This document shows, piece by piece, positions 41,853-58,017 of a stretch of DNA of 64,000 bases. The stretch is from Octopus vulgaris. Taxonomy: Eukaryota. The position numbers and the translations under genes were made by a program. Each line of letters opens with the position of its first letter. Position 1 is the first letter of the stretch. The notes under the pieces are model-generated. The model was not told the origin of the DNA. It saw only the letters and a list, made by a program, of their open reading frames with translations, and did not search any database. The stretch lies in assembly GCA_951406725.2 (NCBI GenBank), contig OX597820.1:42284001-42348000 (forward strand). The letters run 5' to 3'.

Positions 41853-43469
41853 TGTGACAGCTATGTAGAAATAGTAAAATATCAATGTAGTGTGTTTGTG
41901 AAAAGTTTTGCCGTTTTCTATGTGTGCGTAAGTGTTTGATGATACGTATGAATTTATGCATTTATTTATGTATTTATGTACGTATTTATGAGTTTAAATG
42001 TGAGTATGTATGTGTATTTTGGCTGTCAGTCTACTGATATGTTAAAATTAACATCGCCATCTTGACAACAGAGTACATGTTTACGATTGCAATCGTAATA
42101 CTAGAAGTGGAATTAGCCAACCAGCTGGTATATACTGTCTTCTTTTCTAAAAAGACACAGTTCACTGCTTTACCCGCAAGACCATTGACACGGAGTAAAA
42201 CGGTTCAAGAACCGAGATATTAATATGATATTTGTAGAACAGATCAGTAATACAACGATATTTTAACCTCTAACGGTCTCGGGAATCTCAGCAACATTAC
42301 ATACAGCATCAACTCGAAAAATTCATTCAGTAACTTACAGAGACATGAAATAACATGCGAGCATGTACAAGTATATCCGAACACATGCATAATGATGTTT
42401 TCTGACAAAAGTCTTTTGATCTGTTCATAGGCTCTACTGCATTGACATGTGATATGAATTTATGTCGTATGTCTGACAGGAAATGAAATAGAAATGTATG
42501 ATGGAACAGCGTGTGTACGTTTTATAACTTTACAAGGGGCATTGAAGATATAGTCTGTAGGAAAAGCTTGACGAGGAAGTATTTTTAATAGTTTATGGAG
42601 ATTTAGTTTATGGGAGTTTAGAATTTATAAGTTATTAATGCCGTAACACGACGAACAGTTTGAAAGGTTACTGATTGCAAACTGGCTCCAACGTTGTGTT
42701 TTATCCTTGAAGGAAGTATTTCACTTTTATCTAGGAATAAGGCATTTAATTTTAGTCATCCACTTTAAATAAAACAATGCAAGTTTGATCACGATCCTAA
42801 TAAAACGCGTTGATTTTGAACACGGTGCAAAATTTAGTATCATACCAAAAATAACGCCAAGTAATTATAATAAGTCTTTTAAATGGTGGACTTTTACTTA
42901 TCTGTATTAATATTTATAGGCGCAACTTAGCATATTTTTGAATTTTATCATATATCCATTCGTTATCAGTATAATTTTCATTAACTTTGCAAAATATATT
43001 ATCTCTACACTTTTCTATACCGTAGTAATATTATAATTCTTTCACACCAAACTTCGCAACTATTGTGTGTAAATTTCTTACGTCGTTCTCTTAATTTTTA
43101 AAGTGAATATTTCCATTAAACATGATACTCAAAAGTCTCTTCTTTGGATTTAATTTGTGAATCAGTATTTGGGTCATCGATAGCTGTTTCATCATAAATC
43201 ACTTTGATCTCTTTGTAATTTCAATTTCTTTTATAGCATTACTAGTGACTCGCATCATCAAAACTGTTGGGCATTTCTATCAGATTGCTTCAATTAATTT
43301 TCATTATCATTATAAAATTTCGACTTCATTTCCAATTTTTCCCCTGGGATCGTCTTTATATCGCCTGCGCTTTCTTTCCTCCACTATAGAAAAATGATCT
43401 AGTTAAAGAGAAAATATCAAATGCATATATGATATATATATATATATATATATAATATACACACACACA

Positions 43470-43611
<142 letters not shown>

Positions 43612-44573
43612 GCATAGAAACTGAAATTATTTACTTCAGGTATCATGTGTTTGTTACGTAGAAGATAAAATATCGTACTTGATTGACAGTCTACTGAAAT
43701 ACTATGAATTATGCTTACTGCAGTGTCTCTCTAGCCAATGGACTAATTCAAATAGTGACAAATAAATGCCATTAGGTAAGAACATATTTCCAAGCAAAAG
43801 ACAGCAATACTAAAAGTGGATAAGAGTACTTTTGGGTTTCAGTGTAGATTTGAAATATTCGTTTCCTTATGAATTTGAAAAGATTCGTCTCTCTTAAGGT
43901 GAATCATTATTAACTGCTATAAAAAAATGCAAAGTTACTCCTGTAACCTAAAGTTTTAAAAGAGTTTCTTATATTTTTTCTACTACAAATAATTTATACC
44001 TTGAAAACTTGAAATAATTATTTCAAATATGCACTGGATATGACGCCATATGAAAATAAACATAAGTGAATCTTCAACAGCATATGAGCATAGGGACATA
44101 GAACAGACAAGAATAGCGCTTTATATATACATTAATAGATGGGAAGACATTAAACGACATGCTTTGTATGTTACACATTTGTGATTTCATATTCAACAAA
44201 TATTACTTTTATCATGCCACGAAGAAATCTAGGAGCTGTTGCTCGAGTTGTCCAGAACAACAGCCAAATCTCTGTCAAATTTTCTATGAAAAACAAAAGC
44301 AGTATTCTCTTCTCCATCATAAACAAAATAACAGCTATAATGCACTTGTTCAAATGTTTGTTTGATCAGGAATGACCTGGGGCTAGCCACAACAAAATGG
44401 AATACAATAGCTATTAGTTTCAGAGAAATGCCGAAATATTTGGATGGCTTGACAAAATATCTAGGAGTGTTTAGTATTCATCCTTTATATTCATTTGAAG
44501 CAAAATAAGTACCATTCAAAATATTAGGTCGATATAATCGATATTAAAACGCCACAATACGTGACAACTTGTC

Positions 44574-44644
<71 letters not shown>

Positions 44645-45061
44645 TATATACATATATATAATGTACGTATGTCTAAATTCATGCACACACACACACATAC
44701 ACCAGTTTAAGAGAAGAGGATAAAGCATTTTCTTAAGATACGTTAATTAAATTATAGGATTCGAAGTTTACAGTTCATATAACAGCTAAAAGGATAACAA
44801 ATCAAAGACTATTTATGGCAAAATATTTAAGACTGGAACCTAGAATTAAAATCAATGATATGCATGCATAAACATTACAGTCCATCATTTATATAAACAA
44901 ATATATTCCTACATTCATACATACACATATATGTTTATGTCCACGCGTACAAATCCATAAAAAACACACTCATACACGAACATTTACATATACATATGCG
45001 TATCTATCCATGTATCTATCTGTCTGTATGTATGTAAATATGTATGTATGTATGTACGTAC

Positions 45062-45128
<67 letters not shown>

Positions 45129-45131
45129 ATA

Positions 45132-47578
45132 CAGGGAGAATTCACAAAAGAAAAGCAAAAGACGAAGACAGGTGGTGTAGACAACAAACAGATGTATTAG
45201 TTTAACACTTGCGAAGGGAAAGATTCTATAACGTTTCGAGCCTACGTTTTTCCACAGAAAGGAACACAGAAAGAAACAAGCAAAGAAAATAATGGTGTAA
45301 TGGCCAGCGATTTATCATGTCGAATGCCGGACAGATGGGTCACACAGGAGAGCTAGAAAGAAGGGGTGATAATCAAGTAGTGGAGATCCCAAAACGAAGA
45401 TGCGCGTGCGTGTGTATAAGCGAGCATGTATGTGCGTATGGAATTGGACGGATGACCTTGACGTGTGCGTATGTTCATGAGTAGGTGTGTTGATGATGGC
45501 GTGGGGCTGGGAAGGGTCAGTGCTAGTGTGTGCGTGGTGGTGTGATGTGATGTAGTATTGTGTGGTATGGTGGTGTATGGTGCGGTGTGGTGGTGTTGCG
45601 ATGAGGAGGAGACGAGAGTGAAGAAAGCAAGAGGGGAATGTCAGTTAGGCTGAGGGTGGGGATAGTGTTGGGGTATGTGGGAATGGGTGTTTGGAATTGG
45701 GTGAGGGTGGGATGAGATGGATAGGGAAAATGAGGTGGGGTTGGAAGGGATGGATAGGGAAGGTGGTGTTGGATTGTGTAGGGTAGGATTACGAGGGAGG
45801 GGTGACGATGAAGGGAGAAGGTGGGTAGGAGTGAGGAGAAAAAGTAGAAGTCGGAGCAAGAGAGGAGTGGTGGGTGGGAGGAAGTAGGTGTGAGGAGGGT
45901 TAGATGAAGAGGGGAGGAGTCTTCAGCCCATGTGGGGCAAAGGAGCTAAGAGAGAAGATTAATCCTTGTTCACGTCGAAGACGGGAGTCCGGATGGCTCC
46001 TGTGCAAGGACAATCCGAACACAGACGGGTGTTGCAAAGAGTGACCGGTAGAGCGGAAATGGCGCGAGACGGGGATGTCATTGCCGAGTCGGATGTCTCG
46101 GAGGTGTTCAGAGGACTGGTTAGTCAAGCAGCATCCCGTTTTCCCGAAGGGCAGAGAAAGAAGGAGATGCAGTAGATGACATTGGTGGAAGAGCAGGCGA
46201 AGGAGTCGGTGATATGATACCGTCAATGATGGGCACCGGTGAGGAGTGTGGTGTTGGCGAAGTAAGGGCAAATGCGAAAGCGTGGGTGGGAGCAGGGGAA
46301 CGAGCCAAGTTGGGAGGTTGGGCCATAGAAGATGTGGACCAAGAGGCCTCATAGGTTGTGTGCTCGTTTGAAGGAGGAGAGGGGTCGGTTAAGGAAGATA
46401 TGTGAAGAGGAGAGGTCGGACTGGAGCCACTGGAAGACTCGGAGAATGGTGCATTGGAGATGTAGGGTGGTGAGGTGGTAGGTGAGGGGAAAAGGGAGAC
46501 GGGAGACGGTGGGGCGGGTGCAGAGGAATAGATCAGATGCCCGGTCCAGGAAACGTGCTCTGGCAAGAGTGGTGTGGATAGTGGTGAGGAGATATCCACG
46601 TAGGATGAAGTGGCGAGCCATGAGTTGAGACTGAATCTCAAAGTTATGGTTGTCACTGCAGAGCCTGCGTAGACGGAGGAATTGAGAATAGGGGACGGAA
46701 AGCTCGGTGTGTTTTGTGTGGGAGGAGGAGAAGTTGAGGTATGAGTATGTGTGTTTGTAGTAGATGGAGGTGATGAGAGTAGAGTGCTAACCGAAATGTC
46801 AAGAAAGGAGACAGCGGTATCTGAGATAGTGCAAGATGGAAAGATTTGACAAAAGAGAGGAAAGAGTCTAGATGTTCGCGGGAGAGTGAGATCGCACTGA
46901 TACAGTCGTCAATAGAACGGCCGTATAGTTCGGCAGTAGGACCAGTGAATCTTGGGAATATTTGGGCCTCAACGTAGCTAACGAATAGGTTCGCATAGAT
47001 GGGGACCATTCTCGTTCCTATTGGTCACTCTCGAGTGTTGCGGGTAAAAATCACCAGCAAACGAGAAGCAGTTGAGTGAGAGGACATGTTCGGCCATAAG
47101 AACGAGTGTAGATAAGTCGGGATGGGTGTTGGTTCAAAGGTCAAGGAAATGTTGGAGTGCACGCAGCCGTGTAAAGGCTCTGGATATTGAGAGTGAAGAG
47201 GGGCCAGGAGAGAAGGAGAAAGAGTTGAAAAAACGAAGCGCATGATTGGTGTCATGGATGTGAAAGGGGAACGAAGCCACCAGGAGGGCAAGGACACAGT
47301 CAAGATATCTGGAGATGAGTTCGGTGGGGCAGTTGCAGGCTGAGACGATGGGGCGGCCAAGGTTGTTAGGCAGAGGGCAAGGATGTTAGGTTTGTGGATT
47401 TTGGGGAGGAGGTAGATTGTGGGGGCGCGAGGGGTGCAGACAATGAGGTTGGATGTGGTAGGGAAGGCGGAAGGAGAACAGGTCATGGATAGTGGAGGAC
47501 ACAATCTGTTGGTAGCTGGGCATGGGGTCAGTGGGTAGAGGGCAGACAGGTACTGGTATCTAGAAGATTCAACGTGGC

Positions 47579-47580
<2 letters not shown>
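45132..47580 (-). mobile_element. Neptune-type Penelope-like element, 5'-truncated, frameshifted, flanked by (TA)n
   Basis: IYLLPKIHKP..GRPIVSACNCPTE; GTRMVPIYANLF..YGRSIDDC (RT, YIDD decayed); FACSSTNVIYCI; EHLRDIR..PVSRHF..RLRREQGLIFSLSSFAPHGL (GIY-YIG end at 45900); pLTR ~45132-45400. Confidence 0.9.
45222..45262 (-). ncRNA. Hammerhead-like motif (variant core CUGUGGA) in PLE pLTR
   Basis: CUUU-CUGUGGA-AAAAC-GUAG-GCUC-GAAACGU-U-AUAG. Stem II decayed in this copy. Confidence 0.55.
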
Positions 47581-47630
<50 letters not shown>

Positions 47631-47631
47631 T

Positions 47632-47695
<64 letters not shown>

Positions 47696-47723
47696 TTTAT
47701 TTCTTTATACATACATACATACA

Positions 47724-47769
<46 letters not shown>

Positions 47770-47772
<3 letters not shown>

Positions 47773-48120
47773 TTTTCTTTTAAACATTTCAGTCTTTAAG
47801 GTTATGGTAAAACTGCAGCACCGCCTGTGTAATCACCTTTTCAATAACCGATCTTATGTGATTCTGTTTTTGGTAAAGGAGGGAATGCGATAGTCCTGCT
47901 CTCTTTTGGGTTCCCTCTCCTAATATATGGCCATCTGGGTGCTTCCATATCAGGAGGTCAAGTGGTTTCTAGAAAACATCTACCACTACTTCATGAAGAT
48001 CCTTCAGTTGATTTGGTAAGGTGTGAAATAGCTGTTGCAGCACATGTTCCTCACTCTAGATGGGATAGCTGAGGCATTTGGAACAGTTTGGTAACGTCCA
48101 GTTCAGGGGCTAGTAAAACG
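47770..48120 (-). mobile_element. Second, older CR1-like LINE 3' fragment
   Basis: QQLFHTLPNQLKDLHEVVVDVF*KPLD. 3' end GGCGGTGCTGCAG..GACTGAAATGTTTAAAAGAAAAGG resembles the 33310 end. Confidence 0.6.
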
Positions 48121-48121
48121 C

Positions 48122-48186
<65 letters not shown>

Positions 48187-48190
<4 letters not shown>

Positions 48191-48306
48191 CGTGATCACG
48201 TGACCGACCAGACCATCAGATGTTGTTACACATCGCTGGTCACAATACGTTCGCATTATTTTAGCCTTTGAATGATGCCACCCCGCTGACTAAGCAAGCA
48301 GGTCAA
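48187..48306 (-). mobile_element. 3' fragment of SINE family B
   Basis: Near-identical to 22310-22421 (TCACGTGACCGACCAGACCATCAGATGTTGTTACACATCGCTGGTCACAAT). Confidence 0.9.
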
Positions 48307-48319
48307 TATATATATATAT

Positions 48320-48531
48320 TAGTAGTTATCGCCAAGCTAATATGGCAGTCCATAAATATAGGACAAAAGCTGCCGCTGATTAGTTCCACGAGGCCATCGC
48401 CTGTAGCTAGCTATATGACACACGAACCTGTGTCCATTATAACCTTCGAACAGGGGAGGTCAGCCGCAGGCATCTGCAGACATGTTTTTGGGTATTTAGC
48501 CTTCATCAATGTAAAGTAGCCGAACCCAGCA
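48320..48531 (-). mobile_element. Short pLTR-like fragment of another PLE family, with decayed hammerhead
   Basis: Minus strand UUUACA-UUGAUGA-AGG-CUAAAUA-CCC-AAAA-ACAUGU-C-UGCAGA (48475-48516): palindromic stem III ACAUGU, GUC triplet, mutated core. Bounded by (TA)n. Confidence 0.5.
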
Positions 48532-48538
48532 ATATATA

Positions 48539-48577
<39 letters not shown>

Positions 48578-48582
<5 letters not shown>

Positions 48583-48772
48583 GAATTTACAAATAAACAA
48601 AAGACGAAGGCGGGTGTGTAAACAACAAACAGATGTGTTAGTTTAGCGCTCGGGACGTGAGAAAGTCTTTTACTTTTCGAGCCTACGCACTTCGACAGAA
48701 AAGAACACAGAAATAAACAGGGAGAGAAAATAGAATAATGTTTAGTGGTCAGAGGTCTATCATGGCCAATGC
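48578..48772 (-). mobile_element. Solo pLTR of the 45132 PLE family
   Basis: Colinear with 45133-45327 (GACGAAG..ACAACAAACAGATGT..TTTCGAGCCTACG..ACAGAAA..GAACACAGAAA). Hammerhead-like CUGUCGA-A-GUGC-GUAG-GCUC-GAAA. (TA)n both sides. Confidence 0.85.
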
Positions 48773-48794
48773 TATATATATATATATACATATA

Positions 48795-49306
<512 letters not shown>

Positions 49307-49364
49307 TATAATATATACATAATATATATAATGTATATATGTATATAATATACATATATATGTA

Positions 49365-49417
<53 letters not shown>

Positions 49418-49490
49418 GCATATATATATATACAATATATATAATATATAATATATATATGTACATATATATATGTATATATATATATAT

Positions 49491-52364
49491 AGTTAATCCA
49501 AACAAAAAAACACAAAAAACAAAAAAAAGCACAACGTGAGGACGTGGAACAAATACAGTATTATTGGACGCTCAGGAAAGAAGGGAAGAAGGAGGATTTA
49601 ACGTTTCGAGCGGAGCTCTCCGTCGGAAACATAGGAGAAGGAATGCTCCCGAGAAGGGAAGACAAAAGAAAAAAAATCGCCAGCGGTACTCACAAGGTCA
49701 CATATTGAAAGACCGGAAGTAGAAAGGTGAAAGCATAATGTTTTTTAAAGACAAGAGAGCTTTCAAAGACAGTAGGTAGTATGTCAAAGACGAGGAAAGT
49801 GAGGGGGGAATGTGTGTGGATGTGTGCGTGCGCGGGGGTCTGCGGGTGCACGTGTGTGTGTATGTGTGCAATGATGACACGTGTGCGTGCGTGTGTGTGT
49901 GTATGTGTGTATGGCGAACAACTGACTAGTAGCTGGCCAGTAGTAAGAATAAGGAGTGGTGCTTTTTGTCCGGCCACAGGTCAAAACAAAGAGGTATGTG
50001 TGTGTGCGTGTATGTATATGTATCGTGTGTGTGTTTTGTTTGTAGTGTGTGTGTGTGTGTGTGTGTTCGTGTGTGTATGCGTAGAGTTTGGGTGTGTGGC
50101 GAGTAACTGTGCTTAACTTAGTGTATGAGTGCGTGTGTGTGTATATATATGTATGTATAATTGTGTGCGTGTATGTATAATTGTGTGCCGTGTGTATGGG
50201 ATGTATGTGTGGGTTCTTTTGTGTGTGTATGTATGTGCGTGTAGTTGTGTGTGCGTGTATGTGTGCGTGTGTATGTGTATGTAAGCGTATATGGATGTAT
50301 ATGCGTGTATCCGTGGGGTTGTGAGTTTTTGGGGTGTGCATTTGTGTGCGTGTGTGCGTGCGTATGTGTGCGCATGTTTTTGTGTGCGTATGTGTATGTG
50401 TCTGTGCTTATATGTGTGTACGTATGTGTATGTGTGCGTGCGCGTGTAGGTATATATTGTGTGTATGTATATGTGTCGGTGTGTAAGTGAATTTGTGGGT
50501 GCCTTTTTACGTGTGTATGTGTGTGTGCGTGTATTGTATATATATGTAAATGTGTGTGTGTGTGTGTGTGTACGTGCGTGCGAGTGAATGTATGTATACA
50601 TGTGCGTGTGTGTACAAATGTAGAGGTTTATATGCGTGTTTATATGTTTATATGTCTGTATATATATGTATGCATGCACACACTTTATAATTGAAAGATT
50701 GATGGAAAAAAATTGGTGTGGGTGTATGTGAATCCACAGGCACACACATACACACACTGACGCACGCCTGCAATACAGCCAACCCCATATGCGTGTATGC
50801 ATGTATGTATGTATGTATGCATGTGTGTGTGTGTATGTGTGTGTGTATGTTTGTATGTGTGTATGTATGTATGTGTGTGTATGTATGTATGTATGTATGT
50901 ATGTATGTACGTATGTATGTATGGGTGTAAGTGTGTGTGTGTATGTATGTATGCACGTGTGTGTATGTATGTATGTATGTATGTGTGTATGTGTGTATGT
51001 GTGTATGTGTATGTGTGTATGTGTGTATGTATGTGTGTATGTATGCGTGTATGTATGTATGTATGTGTGTGTATGTGTGTATGTATGTGTGTACGTATAT
51101 ATGTGTGTGTGTGAATGTATGCGTGTGTGTGGGTTTTGTTATGGAGTTGTTTGGGCGTAACGTACATGCGTGTGCTTGTGTGTGTGTGCGCTTACGTGCG
51201 TGTATGTGTGTGTGTGTCTCTGCTAGGTGTTTATAAGTGTGTGCGTATCTGTATGAGTATTGTTTGTTGGTGTGTGTTCACGGGCATGTATGTGTGCGCG
51301 TGTGGGTGTATGGGTGTGGGGGTGGGTGTATAGGTGTGGAAGTATGTGTGCGTACATGTGCATGTATGTTGTATGCGTGTGGTGTGTTGGAAGTAGGTGC
51401 GTTCGTGGATACGTGAGTATGTGTGTGTGTGTGTTTCGGTATAAGGCCAAAAAAAAAGTAAAAAAAGTTGCTAGTGGGGAGAGGTGGAGCGCAGTCACTA
51501 AGAGGAGGGGGCTCTGTTGAGTCCGTGTGGGGGTATTGGTCTGTAGAGTGAAAATGAAACGTTGCTCCAAGTGTAGCCTGGATTGTGGAGGACCGTTGTA
51601 TGGGGCGAGACCAAACACAGAGATGTGAAAGGGGGAATGGCTGGCCGAGCGGAAGTGACGTGCGACGGGGGAATTGGACCGTAGACGAATCGGTCTGACA
51701 ACCGGCGTCCCATCTGTCCTACATACAGCATTCCGCAGAGGTTGCATTTAATGCAGTATATGAGACCAGACGAAGTGCACGTAAAAGAATGTCTGATACG
51801 TACAGTTCGCTGGCTGGAACCGGTGACAGCAGTGGTGTTGGTGATGAAGGGACAGGTGTTGCAGCGGGATCTGGAGCACGGGAAGGATCCGTGTGAGGCT
51901 GAGGGGGAAGAAGAGAGGGTGCTACGGACCAGGAGGTCGCGTAGATTCCGGGCTCATTTGAAGAAGGACAGGGGTGGGTTGAGGAAAATGGGGCGGGTCG
52001 TGGGATCGAGCTTGAGACGACGGAAGGCATGTAGTATCTTCCGACGAAGGGGTAGAGTAGAGGGGTGGAAAAGGAGGGGAAAGGGGGTGTCGTTGGGGGG
52101 TGAGAGGAAGGAGAAACGGCGGGGGCGTTTAAGACCAGGGTAGGTGGGTATTCTCGATGCCTGAACAGGCGGGCCAGGTATTGAGACTGGGTCTCGAAAT
52201 CCTGGTCGCGGCTGCACAAGCGTCGGAGGCGGAGGAACTGGGAGTAGGGGATGGCCCGTTTGGTGTGGAAGGGATGGGAGGAGGAGCAGTTGAGATAGAG
52301 GTGGGAATCCATGGGTTTGATGAAGGCGGAGGTGGTGAGAGAGTGGGAGGGGTGGTCGATGCTG
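49491..52364 (-). mobile_element. Second Neptune-type PLE, 5'-truncated, with microsatellite-rich 3' UTR
   Basis: KPMDSHLYLNCSSSHPFHTKRAIPYSQFLRLRRLCS (thumb); PCSRSRCNTCP (Zn knuckle); FTCTSSGLIYCIKCNLCGMLYVGQMGRRLSDRF; ARHF..EQRFIFTLQT..PHGLN. pLTR 49491-~49800 with CCGACGG-A-GAGC-UCC-GCUC-GAAACGU-U-AAA hammerhead-like motif. Confidence 0.9.
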
Positions 52365-52681
52365 ATATATATATATATATATATATATCATGTCGTTATC
52401 ATATAATATTATTCAATTTGTTTTCTCTTCCACCATTATCACATGTACGGATTTTGGAATATATTGATTATCACGTGACTGCAGCATTATAATTTTTGAC
52501 GAAATATTAAAAAATAGGAAAAAATGAAACCCTGTCATTCATGTATATATGCAAGTAAGGCTGGGTCGTTTTACTACCACGTGTTTTCGCATTCGGACCC
52601 ATCTTCAGCCACTGTGGGCGGATCAATAATACTTGTGAATAAATTTAGAAGGAACTCTGTTCCAGTTCGTCGTCTGTGTGT

Positions 52682-52745
<64 letters not shown>

Positions 52746-53464
52746 GTGAGTGTATTTGTGTCTGTGTGTATATAGATATACATGGGTATAAATGTGCTTG
52801 TATATTTATGTTTGTTGTTTTGCTTGTCCGCCCACTGCTTAATTAACTCAAGGATCGTGAGTCGCTTATAGAGTCTTACTTCCAATTATATCAAATACAT
52901 ACGTACATTTGGCTGTTTCAGTGTAAACACACGCGCATATACATGTAGCTCTACGCATGTATATATGTATGTGTATGTATATATATACTGTGTCATGTTG
53001 ATGGGCGAGCCAGTGAGCTAGTGAATTGCTGAATATTCAACAAAATGGACAATGTGAGCCTGTGTGTGCACACGCACCTGACACAGGTGCACACACACTC
53101 ACACATGCACATACACACATATATATGGATATATATATATATCATATAAACCTATCTGCTTCTTTTTCACATTATATATATACATACATTGTATATATAT
53201 ATGCATACATTGACTTATTTCGCTTCCCTCTCCTTTTATAAACATATCTCTCTTTGTAATTTTCTATGCGAACGCATACAATCACATTTTGTAGGTGCAT
53301 CTGTGTGCGCATGTGTCTGTGTGAGTATATTTCTATGGATGGTAATATAATGCACTAAATATATGGCCGTATATCCCCTTAAATATACATGAAAGCGACA
53401 CATATATATGCATGTATATGTATGTATACACACGCATACACATATACAGACAAATACTCCCTTC

Positions 53465-53506
<42 letters not shown>

Positions 53507-54757
53507 CATAGCATAGCATATGTAAAGTATAGCAGGAATATTGAAAAAATATTTATATGATAACACATATATTCCCAACCCATAATCTGCCACCACCATC
53601 CGCACTACCACCGCTACCGCCACTATCAATAGCTTCATGAAACGCATCAGCAACAATAAAAACAACAATCCTTGTTCTAGAAGATAAGAAAAAAAATATA
53701 CATTGAAAAATATAAGAAAAAAGAACAACGAACAAAATGCAACAACATCACCGCCACCATCACCAGCAGCAACAACAACAACAACAATAACAACAACAAC
53801 AACAAATGCAACAATATCAACAACAGCAACTAATAAAGCAAAAATGATCAAGAACATCTCCCAATTTTATTCAAATGAGGCTTTCTATCAATCCATAATA
53901 TTTTCCCTATTCAATTGTAGTTAGTTGTGAACTTTTGTGTATATATTACATAGCTGTCTTCAAAAGACTTAAACACCTCTTTATTGACACGGTATATACC
54001 CCCCATTGTCCCTAGAGTTATTAAAAAGTCAAACGATAAGGTTTTAAAAGGTATATTAACCTCGCCTAAATATATATACATTTTTTATTATTATTGTTAT
54101 TTATATTATACAAAATTATAGTTATTGTTATTAATATTATTGTTTTTTTTTCGCCTTGTTGTTGTTATTGTTTTAATACTCTCATTATTATTTTCTTCGT
54201 ATTATTGTTATCATTATTATCAATATCATTAATATTGACGATATTGCTCGCATACTTGCTATTGTTATTTTTATTTTTAGTAGGTATTTTGCTGTTTGTT
54301 TTGTTTTTTATTTCTACAATATTAATGCTGTTTTATTGTTATCATTACTATTATCATTATCATTTTTATTGTTGTTGTTGCTATCCCTGTTTTCTTGTTA
54401 TTATCATTGTCGTTATTTGCTCATTCGTTATTTTGACTTCAATTTTTATAATCTATGTATATGTTTATAGTCGCATATATATATATATATATAATTCTTT
54501 ACAATTATAATGCATGCACATATATAATTCTATATACATATAATTCATTGCATTTAGTTATATGTTATATTACTGAAGAATTAAATATATACAATATTTT
54601 ATTGGAATGTAGCATTATAATTTCCTGCAAAATGTTGTTCTTGCAGTTTTATGCATTATGTGATAGCCAATACACACTCGACCGAATTGTGTATGTACAG
54701 AAAGATACATACACTCATGCTCATATATGATATTCATAATATATACATATGTGTATA

Positions 54758-54822
<65 letters not shown>

Positions 54823-56427
54823 TTATGTATTTGTGTGTGTATGTATGTATGAGGAAACTACACTGTATATAAATAACTTTATATATATATATGTGCGTAT
54901 ATATACTTATATATATATATATATATGAATGAAAAATGTATGGTAAATAAAGAAACGACATAGCGTATACTGAGTGTACAACCGGACGTGAAACAGAAGA
55001 TCATTAATTCTTCATCAGTTCTCAACCAATTTAGTAATACGCATGCACGTAGTACATAGAACGATAGATTAACACGTATACATTTATATTAAAATATAGA
55101 CTTGAAGCTTTAACATATCACCATCTAAGTCTCAAACAATTATTGTTTTCTGTTCCTTATTTTTGCGTCTTTCTAATCAATACAATGAAGGATCATATAC
55201 AGATATGCGTACCTGCAAGCAGATATGTGCATGTTCCTTTTTTGGACACAAGCGCACAAGCGCACACACAGACATATTACACATGGAATGAACTAAGGGA
55301 AGTTAGTCGAATGATCTCAAAGCATCAATTTGTGATGTACTGAATTAAAGGCTGTCGCCCCAAAATTTCTTGTTATTTACAATTTTCCGTAAGGAAACAA
55401 ATCTCAACAGCAGGAGTTTACAGACATCTAAAGTAGTTTCACAAAATTAATTTACGTTCTTAGCGAATAAAAGAATGATGTACGATGCTGGTAACGTCCA
55501 AAATGGCCGAAACAAATCGTTTTTATGCAGGCAAGCAGATTTCCATGAAGGAACCGAATATATTCTATGAAATTTTCTAAAGTTTATCTCCCCTTTATTT
55601 TAGATATTGTTAACAATTGTCACATGATTGCAGTTTCCTGGTGGTCTGGCAGTAGGTTCTTATTATCCTGCTTTTCACCTGGTTGCAAAACAGAAGGGAA
55701 CTTGCATTTAGCTCAGGGATTAATACATTTCCTCAAGTATTGTGTGTGACGAGTTATATGTATGTGTTGGAAAGATTTAGTATATCTGTGTTTTTTTTCT
55801 TGCATTTTGTGTACGTTTCAGTTTTGCTCTAGATATGAAATATCCATTTTTATACCGCCACTCTGATAAATAAACGCTTGCGTGTATACATGCTTGTATA
55901 CATATTTGTGTATGTGGTTGCATATGTATTCTCACTCACATTAAAAGACACAAACATAAATATATGAACATCTATCTACCAGTTTATAAATAAATATATA
56001 TATATATATATTTAAAGAGAGAGAGAATGAGAGTGAGAAAGAGAATGATAGACAAAGAGAGAAAGCGAAAGAGAGAGGGCTCCACACACACATACATACA
56101 TACAAGCATATATATTAACACATATACATATATACATGTGTTTATAAATATATATGGGTTTGAATAAAATTTACAACCTATTTTCAATACAGAATTTCTA
56201 TTTGTTTCATTTATTAATTTTGAGCATTTCTGTTGTCATAAACAAAATTTATAACGACAAATATACGTCAGCACCACAACCACCAGCACCCATGAGGATG
56301 ACGTCGAAAGCATCGAACTCCGCCACCACCATCACCACCATCACCAACACGACCTACTCTATCAACACTACTACTACTACAAGTATTGTTATTTTCATCA
56401 TCGTTATTAGTTTTAAAGTAATAATGA

Positions 56428-57088
<661 letters not shown>

Positions 57089-57558
57089 TAGCGAACAAAA
57101 TAAAACCGTGTGACTTCACTGCAAAATGAGGAAAATAAACGCGGTTTCTGAAGATCAAAAGATCGTATAAAGAGGTATTTACGAGTTAGATTTCATAGCC
57201 GAACATAACACTAAAACGGTAGCTAGCAAGAATGAGAAAGTAGTGTGAGAATTAAGTGGTGAAATGAAATAGAGACAAAAGAGTGATTAATCGATAGGAA
57301 GATGTATAGAAAGAGTGCAAGGCAGAGTGAGAAGCGATAATCAAAGGAAGAAAGTACCAGAGAAAAAAGAAAGGGGGGAGGAGAGTTTGTAAGAGTCAGA
57401 GATGAGGAGAGAACTACAGAGAGATGTAGAGAGAAAGAGGACTTGGGGGAGAAAATAGATAGTTAGCTTGAAGGGAAGAAGGAAGAGGGCTATGAGAGTG
57501 AAAAAAATGAGAGAGGGTGTTGGATACACACAACGTCACATATATTTCCGCACATACA

Positions 57559-58017
<459 letters not shown>

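Noticed and set aside
54985-55020. CTGATGA on the minus strand
   Set aside because: No GAAA or stems in hammerhead geometry.
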